Both the position numbers and the translations under genes were made by a program. A DNA stretch of 63,626 nt, the filler included. It is 4 parts of 4 records of this genome, joined end to end, with 100 filler letters (N's around TTAATTAATTAA, not from the genome) between each part and the next. Parts side by side here need not be neighbours in the genome. Positions count along the whole stretch, not along the records: positions 16,511 to 41,165 come from SRR22947725_2445; positions 41,266 to 55,571 come from SRR22947725_2451; 2 more parts are not named here. One strand, given 5' to 3'. Within the stretch, counting starts at the first letter, position 1. Every line of letters begins with the position of its first letter. Positions 31,384 to 41,266 of this stretch are shown piece by piece. The notes below the pieces were generated by a model. It made no database searches and was not told where the DNA came from. It was given only the letters and a program-made list of their open reading frames with translations.

Positions 31384-32796
31384 ATGAGAACGAAAAAGCC
31401 CGTATTACCCATCAACAACCTTATGATTGATGGTATTGCTCAAAAAGGAAAAGGTGTAGGACGTACTGAAGAAGGACAGGTTGTATTTGTTCAAGGAGCT
31501 ATTCCTGGAGATGTGGTTGACGTTACAATTCTAAAAAAAAGAAAGCGACATTTAGAAGGGCGCATTAAAACCCTGCACAAAGAAAGTCCAGACCGCATTG
31601 CGCCTAAGTGTTCACACTTTGGGATATGTGGTGGCTGTTCCTGGCAACAAATGTCTTATGAAGCACAGTTAGAGCATAAACAAAAAGAAGTAAATGACGC
31701 GCTAAGCCGCATTGGTGATGTAGACGTAAATGAATATGCGCCCATTATTGGCTGTTCTGAAACCTTTGCTTACCGCAATAAAATGGAATTTAGCTTTTCT
31801 GCAAGACGTTGGCTCACATTTGAAGAAATCAATGGGGACGATAAAGTAGAAGACAAGACCGCGTTAGGATTTCATATTCCAGGCATGTGGGACAAAATTG
31901 TGGATATCGAGCATTGTCACATTCAACCTGAATTTCCAAACGAAATACGCAATGCGGTTAAAGCCTATGCAAGACAAGAAAACCTTTCCTTTTTTGATGC
32001 ACGACATAGAGAAGGCTTTTTGCGAACGCTAATGATTCGCTCAACACAAATGGGTGAAATAATGGTTGTTTTTCAGTTTTTCCATGAGGATGTAGAAGCT
32101 AGAGAAGGACTTTTAAATCATCTAGCTGATAAATTCCCTAATATAACTTCGCTTCAATACATTATTAACGAAAAAGCAAATGATAGCATTTATGATCAAG
32201 AACTACATTGCTTTAAAGGGTCGAATTACATAACAGAGCGCATAGGGGAACTTCAATTTCGAATAACTCCTAAAGCGTTTTATCAAACAAATCCAGCACA
32301 AGCGGAAGTTCTTTATGCAAAAGCGCTTGAACTTGCATCAATTGACACTTCAGCAGTTGTTTATGACTTGTACACCGGGCTTGGTACAATCGCTCAATAT
32401 ATTGCGCATACATGTAAAAAAGTTGTTGGTGTAGAATCAGTTCCAGATGCGGTGGTCGCAGCAAAAGAAAATGCAAGACGAAATGGAATAACCAATGCGG
32501 TATTTGAAGTCGGTGATATGCGAAAGGTTTTTACAGATGGTTTTGTAAAAAAACATGGAGGTCCTGACCTTATAATAGTAGATCCTCCACGTGATGGAAT
32601 GCACAAGGATGTCATTGAACAATTACTCAAGATTAAATCCTCTAAAATACTGTATATCAGCTGCAACCCTTCAACACAGGCGCGTGATTTAGCGATACTC
32701 AAATCGCAGTATTCCGTTATAATAAGCCAAGCTGTTGACATGTTTCCTCACACACAACACGTAGAAAATATTGTACTTTTGAAGTGTAAATCATGA
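31384..32796 (+). CDS. rlmD: 23S rRNA m5U1939 methyltransferase
   Basis: TRAM domain, CSHFGICGGC, YRNKMEF, FYQTN, DPPR, YISCNP, DMFPHT.HVE. Confidence 0.93.
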   Translation: MRTKKPVLPINNLMIDGIAQKGKGVGRTEEGQVVFVQGAIPGDVVDVTILKKRKRHLEGRIKTLHKESPDRIAPKCSHFGICGGCSWQQMSYEAQLEHKQKEVNDALSRIGDVDVNEYAPIIGCSETFAYRNKMEFSFSARRWLTFEEINGDDKVEDKTALGFHIPGMWDKIVDIEHCHIQPEFPNEIRNAVKAYARQENLSFFDARHREGFLRTLMIRSTQMGEIMVVFQFFHEDVEAREGLLNHLADKFPNITSLQYIINEKANDSIYDQELHCFKGSNYITERIGELQFRITPKAFYQTNPAQAEVLYAKALELASIDTSAVVYDLYTGLGTIAQYIAHTCKKVVGVESVPDAVVAAKENARRNGITNAVFEVGDMRKVFTDGFVKKHGGPDLIIVDPPRDGMHKDVIEQLLKIKSSKILYISCNPSTQARDLAILKSQYSVIISQAVDMFPHTQHVENIVLLKCKS

Positions 32797-33266
32797 GAAA
32801 AAGTTTCCTAATACTTATCATATTTTCCTTCATCTTAAGCGGATGTGAACCCGATGATATTTGCTTAGAGGGAAATGAGAGTACTCCTGACATGATTATT
32901 ATGTTTTATGATGCTAATAATCCCGAAACAAGAAAGGATGTAATCGGATTACAGGTTATGGGGATTGAAAATGAACTGGAGTTACACAATGGCACGACAG
33001 ATTCTATTGCAGTTCCACTCAAAACAACAGCCAGTACAACAGCTTTTGTTTTTATTAAGACAGAAAACAACACGACGCTTGAAGATCAATTAACTGTAGA
33101 TTACAACAGCTTTGATACGTTTATAAATCGTGCTTGCGGATTCAAGAGAAATTTTAATAATCTTGCTATTTCCATAGAAAATCCATTGAATTGGATCATT
33201 AATTATGAAATCATAACTGATACAATTTCAGAAACTAAAGATACTCATGTTAAAATATTACATTAA
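32793..33266 (+). CDS. Lipoprotein (DUF6452-like)
   Basis: Lipobox LSGC, CEPDDIC, FINRACGF. Confidence 0.7.
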   Translation: MRKSFLILIIFSFILSGCEPDDICLEGNESTPDMIIMFYDANNPETRKDVIGLQVMGIENELELHNGTTDSIAVPLKTTASTTAFVFIKTENNTTLEDQLTVDYNSFDTFINRACGFKRNFNNLAISIENPLNWIINYEIITDTISETKDTHVKILH

Positions 33267-33945
33267 TTTTTTAACAATTATATTTTGCGGGTATTTGTTT
33301 GCGCAAAACGATGTAAAAACAGACTCAATACCATCAAAAGTTCGCTATGGCTTACGCTTGGGTATTGACTTAAGCAAGCCCATACGTATGCTCACAGAGC
33401 CAAATTATAAAGGCCTAGAATTGGTTGGTGATTACCGTCTAAGTCGTAAGCTTTTTATTGCAGCAGAATTGGGTAATGAAACCAAAACAGTGAATCAAGA
33501 TGGCATTCATTTTGAAACCTCAGGCACTTACCTGAAGACCGGAATAGACCTAAATGTGTATAACAACTGGGTAGGTATGGACAACCTTATAATAGTTGGT
33601 TTGCGCTATGGCGTTAGCCAGCATAAACAGACCCTACTTGGATATAACATACGAAATACCAACTTGTACTGGGAAGAAGAAAACCAAATTTCTCTTAAAA
33701 CCCCTCAAGTTTACGAAGGTTTAAATGGGCATTGGATAGAATTTCACTTTGGAGTAAAGGCAGAATTACTTCGTAATTTATACATGGGAATAACGCTTCA
33801 AATGCATCGCCTTCTTTCTGATAAAGCCCCCAAAGCCTTTGACAATCTATATATTCCAGGGTTTAACAAGGTGCTCACCGACAACTCCTTTGGCGCAGGG
33901 TTAAACTACACTATTAGCTATCAATTGCCTATATATAAAAAGTAA
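33247..33945 (+). CDS. Outer-membrane beta-barrel protein (DUF6048-like)
   Basis: YGLRLGIDLS, LYIPGF, C-terminal NYTISY. Confidence 0.7.
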   Translation: MLKYYINFLTIIFCGYLFAQNDVKTDSIPSKVRYGLRLGIDLSKPIRMLTEPNYKGLELVGDYRLSRKLFIAAELGNETKTVNQDGIHFETSGTYLKTGIDLNVYNNWVGMDNLIIVGLRYGVSQHKQTLLGYNIRNTNLYWEEENQISLKTPQVYEGLNGHWIEFHFGVKAELLRNLYMGITLQMHRLLSDKAPKAFDNLYIPGFNKVLTDNSFGAGLNYTISYQLPIYKK

Positions 33946-34164
33946 CTAAAGCTTTTTTGCTGCTTTTTTTAAAGGAATTTTTATCCATAACGTATTTTCT
34001 TTTACTAAGAATTTAGGTGCTAAAAAACTAGCAAGTACCGACGATCCTATAAGAAGAGGTAAATATGGCAATGGTATTAAAACTCCTATTCCAACCCGAA
34101 AAAGAATAAATAACGCTCCAAAGGAAATCAAATTAAATAAAAGTGCTTTTGATTTAAGAGACAT
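33946..34164 (-). CDS. Small membrane protein
   Basis: 72 aa, two hydrophobic segments, LAPKF; tightly packed after THUMP gene. Confidence 0.6.
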   Translation of the reverse strand: MSLKSKALLFNLISFGALFILFRVGIGVLIPLPYLPLLIGSSVLASFLAPKFLVKENTLWIKIPLKKAAKKL

Positions 34165-34166
34165 GG

Positions 34167-35342
34167 TTATTTATTTAGTTTATGTACTTTTTTTGTACCA
34201 CTGTAAAGTTCATATTTCACGAGTTTACTCTCAAGCTTTCCGTTAAAAAGTTTTATTTTTCTTGAAGGACGAAGTCCAACAGCCTTTAAAGCATCAAGGT
34301 TTGAGGTGATAAACCAGGCATTTGTTCCTGGATAGCGTTGCTTAAGCGTATCCCCTATGCAACTATAAAAAGCATCCACATCTATAGGCAAACGTTCTCC
34401 GTATGGGGGGTTAAATAAAATATGCAGTGGCTTTTCAGTGCTTCCCTTTTCAGATTTAAAAAAATCATTTTCTTCAACGGATATAAACTCCGACAAATTG
34501 GCGTTTTGAACATTCTGTTCAGCTTTTCGAATAGCGGATGGTGCCTTATCGTATCCAATGATTTTATGGGGAAACTCGCGCACTTTTTTTAGAGCAGATT
34601 CTTCAATGGTTGTATACAAATCATTGTCCCAATCTTGCCATTTCTGAAAGCCAAATTCTTTTCGATTCAAGTTGGGCGGGATATTACACGCAATCATTGC
34701 TGCCTCTATTAACAGTGTCCCACTACCACACATGGGATCTAAGAAATCGGAATCGCCATCCCAACCAGAAAGCAATACGATTCCTGCTGCTAACACTTCG
34801 TTAATAGGCGCAATATTGGTTGCTGTACGGTATCCACGTTGATGTAAGGATCCTCCAGAGCTATCAAGGGATATTTCCACAAAACGGTCGGTGACATAAA
34901 GGTGAATACTTAAATCTGGGAAGTCTTTATCAACGTTTGGTCTCGTACCTGTTTGGTTTCGAAAACGATCTACAAGACCGTCTTTCGCTTTTTGAGCCAC
35001 GTACATGCTGTTTTGAACGGTACTCATCATAACTGTGGCACTTATAGCAAAAGTGTCATCAACGGACATATAATCCTCCCAAGGCGTGTTTAACATGGCG
35101 CGAGACACATCTTGCTCAGAAGAGATAGGTTCTTTAGCAATGGGCTTTAGAATGCGAATGGCGGTACGTAGGCATAGATTGGCTTTATACATAAATCCCG
35201 TATCCCCTACAAATTGCACATTACGAACGCCAATTTTAACAGACTGCGCCCCTAATTGTTTAAGCTCTTTTGCTAAAATTTCCTCAAAACCAAAAAAGGT
35301 TTTGGCTACCATTGGGAACAATTCTGTATCACTGTGCTTCAT
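34167..35342 (-). CDS. THUMP-domain class I RNA methyltransferase (RlmL-like)
   Basis: SLHQRGYR, APINEVLAA, DPMCGSGT, NPPYGER; start placed at ATG 35342. Confidence 0.88.
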   Translation of the reverse strand: MKHSDTELFPMVAKTFFGFEEILAKELKQLGAQSVKIGVRNVQFVGDTGFMYKANLCLRTAIRILKPIAKEPISSEQDVSRAMLNTPWEDYMSVDDTFAISATVMMSTVQNSMYVAQKAKDGLVDRFRNQTGTRPNVDKDFPDLSIHLYVTDRFVEISLDSSGGSLHQRGYRTATNIAPINEVLAAGIVLLSGWDGDSDFLDPMCGSGTLLIEAAMIACNIPPNLNRKEFGFQKWQDWDNDLYTTIEESALKKVREFPHKIIGYDKAPSAIRKAEQNVQNANLSEFISVEENDFFKSEKGSTEKPLHILFNPPYGERLPIDVDAFYSCIGDTLKQRYPGTNAWFITSNLDALKAVGLRPSRKIKLFNGKLESKLVKYELYSGTKKVHKLNK

Positions 35343-35369
35343 AGGGCTAAAATAGTTTAAATTTGCAGG

Positions 35370-36113
35370 ATGAGCGACAACAAACCCGCCTGGTATCAAA
35401 CATGGTTTAACACACCCTTTTATCACATCTTATATCAAGATCGAAATGTAGCCGAAGCGGAGTTTTTTTTACAAAATCTAATCAAGCATATTCCTATTAA
35501 AGTTGAACACCGTATCCTGGATATCGCTTGTGGACGTGGACGTCATGCTTTATATCTATCCAAGAAAGGGCATGATGTTACAGGAATTGACCTAAGTCCA
35601 AACAGCATTGCATATGCTCAAGAGGAGGCTAAAAAAGAGAAATTAGCGATTAACTTTCAAGTTCATGATATGCGCAACTCCTATGAGGAACAAGTAGATG
35701 TTGTCCTTAACTTATTTACTAGCATTGGATATTTTGAGGATTTATCAGACAATACTAAAGCCATTCAAGCATTTTATGACAGCCTCGTTCCTGGCGGGTA
35801 TGCCGTTATAGACTTTTTACATGTTTCTCGAGTAAAAAAAGAATTAATTTCCGACGAGATTGTAACCAAAGACACCATTGAGTTTACGCTAAAAAGAACC
35901 GTTTCCGAAGGTAAGATTATGAAGAACATTTCTTTTGTGCATGAAGGATCACCGTATTCATTTAATGAAAGTGTTACAGCATTGGAATACTCAGATTTCA
36001 AAAAGTCTTTTGATAAAGTAGGTTTTCGTATTTGCGATACGTTTGGAGATTTTAATTTATCCCCTTTTGACCCTGATACTGCCGAGCGCTTAATATTTAT
36101 TGTACAAAAATGA
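35370..36113 (+). CDS. Class I SAM-dependent methyltransferase
   Basis: LDIACGRGRH, GIDLS, HDMR, NLFTSIGYF. Confidence 0.88.
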   Translation: MSDNKPAWYQTWFNTPFYHILYQDRNVAEAEFFLQNLIKHIPIKVEHRILDIACGRGRHALYLSKKGHDVTGIDLSPNSIAYAQEEAKKEKLAINFQVHDMRNSYEEQVDVVLNLFTSIGYFEDLSDNTKAIQAFYDSLVPGGYAVIDFLHVSRVKKELISDEIVTKDTIEFTLKRTVSEGKIMKNISFVHEGSPYSFNESVTALEYSDFKKSFDKVGFRICDTFGDFNLSPFDPDTAERLIFIVQK

Positions 36114-36778
36114 GTTTAATTCTTCCTTTTTTCGCTGTGTTTCTTGGGGCTTTGTTGGTGTTTTTTGGTGTTGCCCAATCAAAAGTGCGCTTACAATTAT
36201 TACTCGCCTTTAGTGGTGCATTTTTGTTAGCCACTACCATCACTGTTGTGCTACCCGAGATATTCAGTCATAGCAATGGCTCCATTAGCTACTGGATATT
36301 GGTAGGAATCGTTATCCAAATTATACTTGAAAACCTCACCCACGGTGCTGAGCATGGTCACCTGCATATTCACAGCAGTAAAAAAACGCCTTGGGTACTA
36401 ATTGTTGGAATTTACCTTCATGCATTTATTGAAGGACTCCCAATTCACCATCATGAAGAATTGCTTTGGGCGGTCGTTGTACACAAACTCCCAATAGCCA
36501 TGTTGATTACCGCAGCACTCTGGCAAACAAAAGCATCAAAAACATCTAAGCTGCTTATATTATTTGGGTTTGGTATAATGACCCCTTTAGGAAGTCTTTT
36601 TAATACAAATTTGCCTTTTTTACACTCCTATACCCTAGAAATCACAGCACTTGTAGCTGGTGTTTTACTGCACATTTCAACCACAATATTGTTTGAAAGT
36701 GCTGAAAACCACAAGTTTAAAACGTCAAAAATCATTGTAATCCTTCTTGGATTAGGCCTAGTTGTCTTAATGGGATAA
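36110..36778 (+). CDS. ZIP-family metal transporter
   Basis: FSGAFLL, HGAEHGHLHIH, LHAFIEG, HKLP, LHISTTILFES. Confidence 0.88.
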   Translation: MSLILPFFAVFLGALLVFFGVAQSKVRLQLLLAFSGAFLLATTITVVLPEIFSHSNGSISYWILVGIVIQIILENLTHGAEHGHLHIHSSKKTPWVLIVGIYLHAFIEGLPIHHHEELLWAVVVHKLPIAMLITAALWQTKASKTSKLLILFGFGIMTPLGSLFNTNLPFLHSYTLEITALVAGVLLHISTTILFESAENHKFKTSKIIVILLGLGLVVLMG

Positions 36779-36821
36779 GGTAGTTTTTGCGACAAGACAG
36801 CTGTTTTACAACTGTTTTTTC

Positions 36822-36950
36822 TACATTTGAAAAATATAACAGTCCCCAAGTCTGTTCTTCTTTTTGTTACTTTCTATTCGTAGATATTTAGTTTAATATT
36901 TTTAGGGACATAAATCTTAAAAACTAGCTTTTGGCTTTTTTAGTCAAAAG
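36822..36950 (+). ncRNA. Candidate structured RNA/5' leader (CCCCAA-loop motif, copy 2) with -7 box
   Basis: TACATTTG (36822-36829), AACAG-TCCCCAAGT-CTGTT hairpin, near-complementary TTAGGGAC at 36902-36909, second hairpin CTTTTGGCT/AGTCAAAAG. Confidence 0.45.
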
Positions 36951-36961
36951 ACCCTAACCCG

Positions 36962-37957
36962 ATGAAACGCTATATCACATCTGACGACTTCAAAGACATC
37001 TTGATTAAAGGAATGCAGAGGGGCTGGAGTTTTGTGTTTTCAAAAATTCATTTCTCAGGAAAGCGCAGAACAATAACCGCTTTTGATAATTCTCGTGCAC
37101 ACAGTTCTAATTTTTGGGATATTCCCTATGTCAAAAAGAGATGGAATAGGCTATTATCGGGAAACGATGAAGTTGATATCGTTGATTATTCAAGTACAAC
37201 TTATTAAAGGGTAAAAGTGGCTTAAAGTTACTCTCATTAGGAAGTGGAACATGTGACACAGAAATAAAATTAGCAAAATGTGATACATTTAAATCTATCT
37301 TATGTGTGGATTTGTCAAAAGATTCAATTCACCAAGCAAGAAATAAAATTGCCCAAGAGGGTTTAAAAAATATTGAAGTAGTATGTGCTGATATCTACAA
37401 GTTTGATTTAAATGACGCAGCATTTGATGTGGTGTTATTTAAAAGTGCCTTACATCACTTTTAAAAACATTGAGCACTTGTTACTAGAAAAAGTGAGTCC
37501 CAATATGAGCGAAAATGGTTTATTGATAATTGATGAGTACGTAGGCCCCAATAGATTACAATATTCTAAAAAACAGATACTCGCAATAAACAAAGGGATA
37601 CAGCTAATACCAAAAAAGTTTAGAAAAATACATAAAACCCCCTTTTATAAAAATCGGATTTCAGGATCAGGAGTCATTAGGATGAAATTGTCTGATCCAT
37701 CTGAATGTATTGATTCAGAGAGCATTTCACCCACTATCCATAAAATGTTTATACCCTTAATTGAGAAGCCTATGGGGAGTAACATATTGATGTACGCACT
37801 AAAAGATATAGCACAACATTTTTACACCATTAATTCTGAAAAAAAAGAAATCTTAGATGCCTTATTTGCTCTTGAAGATGATTTTTTAATTCATAATCCA
37901 AGCGATATTATATTTGGAGTTTACAAACTAAATAATACAGCAAAAAAAGTGGCATAA
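36962..37957 (+). pseudogene. Class I SAM-dependent methyltransferase broken by two compensating frameshifts
   Basis: ORFs 36962-37207 and 37412-37957 share a frame; the middle frame (37201-37461) encodes LLSLGSG..CVDLS..CADI..FDVVLFKSALHHF. Confidence 0.8.
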
Positions 37958-37977
37958 CAATTGTAAATGTATAATCC

Positions 37978-39159
37978 ATGAAAAAAGCCCCCTTACTTCT
38001 AACCCTATTAGCAATTCAGTTCACATTGGGTCAAGCTATACGCACACAGCGTGTGTTTATGGATTACGAACACCTTCCGTTGTCCCCCGCCGTATTAACG
38101 CCTGAACAGACCTATTTTATAGGTTTAGACAGTAACTACCTTAGCTATGCTCGGGAAGTCCGGAAATTGAATATTGATATACTTGAAGATGAAGACAATA
38201 CTGTTGGTCGTTTTCTAGGAAGAGCTGTAATGCGTACTGTTATGCATAAAGACTCTGTGTCCAGATTAATTGCCATGAAATACGAGGACAGAATGCGATC
38301 GCTTAGAGACCTTAAAAGAGCATATTACACCTATGATAAATGGGTTGCTAAAAAGAATGTGTCTATTCATGGAGCGACTAAAGCGCATGAGGTAGAAAAT
38401 GCTGATTTATTAATTTTAATAAAACCATCAGAAGCTAAATTCAGAATTTATGAACGTTCTAAAGATGGCCGCTTTTCTTTTGATATAAAAGGAACGCTTT
38501 CAGCTGACTACACCCTTATCAATAAAGCAGGCGACACCTTATATAGAGATCATTTTACTGCTAAAAATTATGGAATCGCAGCAACGAAATGGTATCCACG
38601 AAAGGAAATTCTCCATTACGTCTGGGAAGAGATGCCTAATAACCCAGAAATACTCAAGTCAATAGATGAATGGCACAGGGATGCCTTTGTGAAGCTGACC
38701 CAAAATTTAACTGCAGAGCTAAGTGACCGTTATGGGCATTTTATTAAAAAAAGAACTCTGCGTTTATACAGAATCAAACCGAAAAAGTACGATTATATTG
38801 ATTTTGAAAAGGCGTTAAACGGCTTATCAGAAGGGTTGAAACTTCACTTATCCAATCGAGAAGAATCTAAAAAAAAGCTACATGAATCGATTATTGGATT
38901 TGAAAAAATCATTTCGCAACACGAACCTGGAAAAAGAAAACAACGCATTGATGAAAAGGTTGCAGCTGCAGCGCATTACAATATGGCAGAAGCATATTTA
39001 TGGCTAGGCGACTTTGCACAATGCAATATACTTACAACTAAAATCGTACAAAACAACCTGGGAAGCAATATGTATAATGCCGCAAAACGTTTATTGAATC
39101 TTTCTAAGACTCAGCAAGAACGATTGCGAATCAAAGAGACCAGTACACTCAATTTCTAA
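37978..39159 (+). CDS. Secreted hypothetical protein with C-terminal TPR-like helices
   Basis: Signal peptide; AAHYNMAEAYLWLGDF is TPR-like. Confidence 0.7.
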   Translation: MKKAPLLLTLLAIQFTLGQAIRTQRVFMDYEHLPLSPAVLTPEQTYFIGLDSNYLSYAREVRKLNIDILEDEDNTVGRFLGRAVMRTVMHKDSVSRLIAMKYEDRMRSLRDLKRAYYTYDKWVAKKNVSIHGATKAHEVENADLLILIKPSEAKFRIYERSKDGRFSFDIKGTLSADYTLINKAGDTLYRDHFTAKNYGIAATKWYPRKEILHYVWEEMPNNPEILKSIDEWHRDAFVKLTQNLTAELSDRYGHFIKKRTLRLYRIKPKKYDYIDFEKALNGLSEGLKLHLSNREESKKKLHESIIGFEKIISQHEPGKRKQRIDEKVAAAAHYNMAEAYLWLGDFAQCNILTTKIVQNNLGSNMYNAAKRLLNLSKTQQERLRIKETSTLNF

Positions 39160-39175
39160 ACGCAATTCACTTACT

Positions 39176-40732
39176 TTGAAATACACCTACACCCTATTAT
39201 TCCTTCTTTTAAGCACGGTAGTGCTTGCAAACAAACCTTCAATTTTTCTAACTGTAAAAAAAAATGAAGAAGAAAAGCGAATAGTAATCGGTTCGGAAAT
39301 TATTTGGGACCTTGGATATATACTTTTTGATGCGGAACAGCATTTCAAAAATTTTGACTTTTATTTTAACGGAAATGATCAGGAAACACAACAGTTGTTT
39401 TGGATTGATGATAACAAAATTGAAATCAATGCTTATTTCCCACTTCAAATAAACGGAAAGAAATTAGTGAGAACTACAACCGTTCATTTATCAATAAAAG
39501 TAAACGGCAAAGAAATCTTTACTTCAAAACATTTTGGGCAGATTTCAGAGTGGCTTGTGCCAAAACTGTATGGTATTTTACCAAGACCATTGATGATTGA
39601 ATTGACTTTTGACAGTTACAACAAAGGAAATATCACCATTGATGGACAGCTTGAAGAAACTGATTATGATAAAGGATTTGAAATTGACAAACACTTCTTA
39701 ATAGAGTATAAAATAGAAAATATTCAAGAGTGCATAGATGACCAAAAACTTGCATTAGATAAAGAACTCTATTTGCTTAGTACAAGAAAAAAGAACTTAA
39801 ATATTGAAACTACAACACAAGATGATGAAATAAAATCAGTCAATGTTTCGGTACCATTTACCGTAAATGAAACATTTGAAATTTTTTATACGGCAAAACA
39901 AGCTTACCAAACACTCGATTTTATTGCACACGAGCATGCAGATGTCTATGGAATTACTACGGAGGATTGGTATACCTATGTGGACTTAGAGATAGAAACC
40001 ACACCCTTTTATAACGTGCGTCAAAAGATAATTGCTATGGAAATCGAAGAGTTTAAAAATGAAGATACGTCTGTTCTACGCATCCGTGATCCAGAATTTT
40101 CACTCTTTTCCAATACCGTATCTTTTGATAATGGGAATTTTTCTGTAAATCGTAAAGATAAATTATTTACCATCAGAAATACTAAACTAAACACCGTCGT
40201 TGAAGGAGTAAACATATTGAGTCCGCTTAAACGAAAACAAATAAAATTTGTCTTTCATGAAAGGCATGTAATAACGTCCATTAAAACCGTACCCAATACT
40301 GTTACCACAGAACGCAAAGACAATACCGTAACTTTTACTGGTGAAGGGGTAGAGAACATGCAGTATGAAATTGAGTATACGATTCTTCCCTATAAAAATT
40401 ACAAGAAAGAAAAGAACGATTTACCAGTTGCCACAGTTAAATTGAAGCAAGAGAAATATTTAATTTATTTGAAAAGTGATGCAAAAAGCTACACGGGTAT
40501 TTATGTAAACGATATGCGGCTAACAGAAAATATTACGATTGAACAAAAAGAATGCTCCATTTATCCTTATATCCTTTTTCATGAGATTGATAATCTAACC
40601 ATTAAAAATGTTGGTGAGAATGATGCTACTTTTGAGTTTATAATAAAAAACAAAAAGCTGGAAATAGACCAAACCTTAGTGTATAAGATTCAGTCCGGAA
40701 GCGCACAAAAATTATATTTTGAGTTTGAGTAA
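39176..40732 (+). CDS. Secreted hypothetical protein, beta-rich
   Basis: 518-aa open frame, TTG start, signal peptide ending VLA; no motif recognised. Confidence 0.7.
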   Translation: MKYTYTLLFLLLSTVVLANKPSIFLTVKKNEEEKRIVIGSEIIWDLGYILFDAEQHFKNFDFYFNGNDQETQQLFWIDDNKIEINAYFPLQINGKKLVRTTTVHLSIKVNGKEIFTSKHFGQISEWLVPKLYGILPRPLMIELTFDSYNKGNITIDGQLEETDYDKGFEIDKHFLIEYKIENIQECIDDQKLALDKELYLLSTRKKNLNIETTTQDDEIKSVNVSVPFTVNETFEIFYTAKQAYQTLDFIAHEHADVYGITTEDWYTYVDLEIETTPFYNVRQKIIAMEIEEFKNEDTSVLRIRDPEFSLFSNTVSFDNGNFSVNRKDKLFTIRNTKLNTVVEGVNILSPLKRKQIKFVFHERHVITSIKTVPNTVTTERKDNTVTFTGEGVENMQYEIEYTILPYKNYKKEKNDLPVATVKLKQEKYLIYLKSDAKSYTGIYVNDMRLTENITIEQKECSIYPYILFHEIDNLTIKNVGENDATFEFIIKNKKLEIDQTLVYKIQSGSAQKLYFEFE

Positions 40733-40765
40733 TGACCTAAAACATTTTTAAAAAAATGTAAAAAC

Positions 40766-40797
40766 AAAAAACCCCCTAAGTTTCCTTAGAGGGTTTT
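40766..40797 (-). terminator. Intrinsic terminator after 5S rRNA (probably bidirectional)
   Basis: Minus strand AAAACCCTCTAAG-GAAA-CTTAGGGGGTTTTTT. Confidence 0.85.
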
Positions 40798-40801
40798 AAA
40801 A

Positions 40802-40910
40802 GAAGGCGACGACATACTCTCCCACCAGTGGCAGTACCATCTGCGCTATTGGGCTTAACTTCTCTGTTCGAGATGGGAAGAGGTGAGCCCCAATGCAATA
40901 GTCACCTTAA
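40802..40910 (-). rRNA. rrf: 5S rRNA
   Basis: Minus strand ..CACCTCTTCCCATCTCGAACAGAGAAGTTAAGCC..GATGGTACTG..GGGAGAGTATGTCGTCGCC, Bacteroidetes-type. Confidence 0.97.
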
Positions 40911-41045
40911 CGGTTTACACGCAACTTCACAAGAGGAAGACGTGTATCGCAGTAGTTGGGGTACAACAAACTGCGCAATACAATCATATTGAGAATTTTT
41001 TAGATACTAGCAATTAATAAAACAACAAAGAAAAAGTTGTTACGA

Positions 41046-41165
41046 TAGATTTATGGGTAATTAGTATCACTCGGCTATGACATTACTGCCTTTACACCTA
41101 TGACCTATCAACGTAGTCGTCTCCTACGACCCTTAAAAGAAATCTCATCTTGTGGTGGGTTTCGC
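41046..41165 (-). rRNA. rrl: 23S rRNA 3' end (partial)
   Basis: Minus strand ..GGGTCGTAGGAGACGACTACGTTGATAGG..GTGTAAAGGCAGTAATGTCATAGCCGAG..TACTAAT; upstream of 5S. Confidence 0.95.
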
Positions 41166-41265
41166 NNNNNNNNNNNNNNNNNNNNNNNNNNNNNNNNNNN
41201 NNNNNNNNNTTAATTAATTAANNNNNNNNNNNNNNNNNNNNNNNNNNNNNNNNNNNNNNNNNNNN
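41166..41265. other. Artificial contig linker
   Basis: N44-TTAATTAATTAA-N44. Confidence 0.99.
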
Positions 41266-41266
41266 A

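Noticed and set aside
37456-37468. Programmed ribosomal frameshift at TTTTAAAAAC
   Set aside because: Two opposite shifts would be needed and no stimulatory structure is evident; mutation or sequencing error is simpler
40911-41045. Two hairpins between 23S and 5S, one containing CCCCAAC on the transcribed strand
   Set aside because: Ordinary rRNA spacer structure; not tRNA-like and lacks the promoter context of the CCCCAA motif
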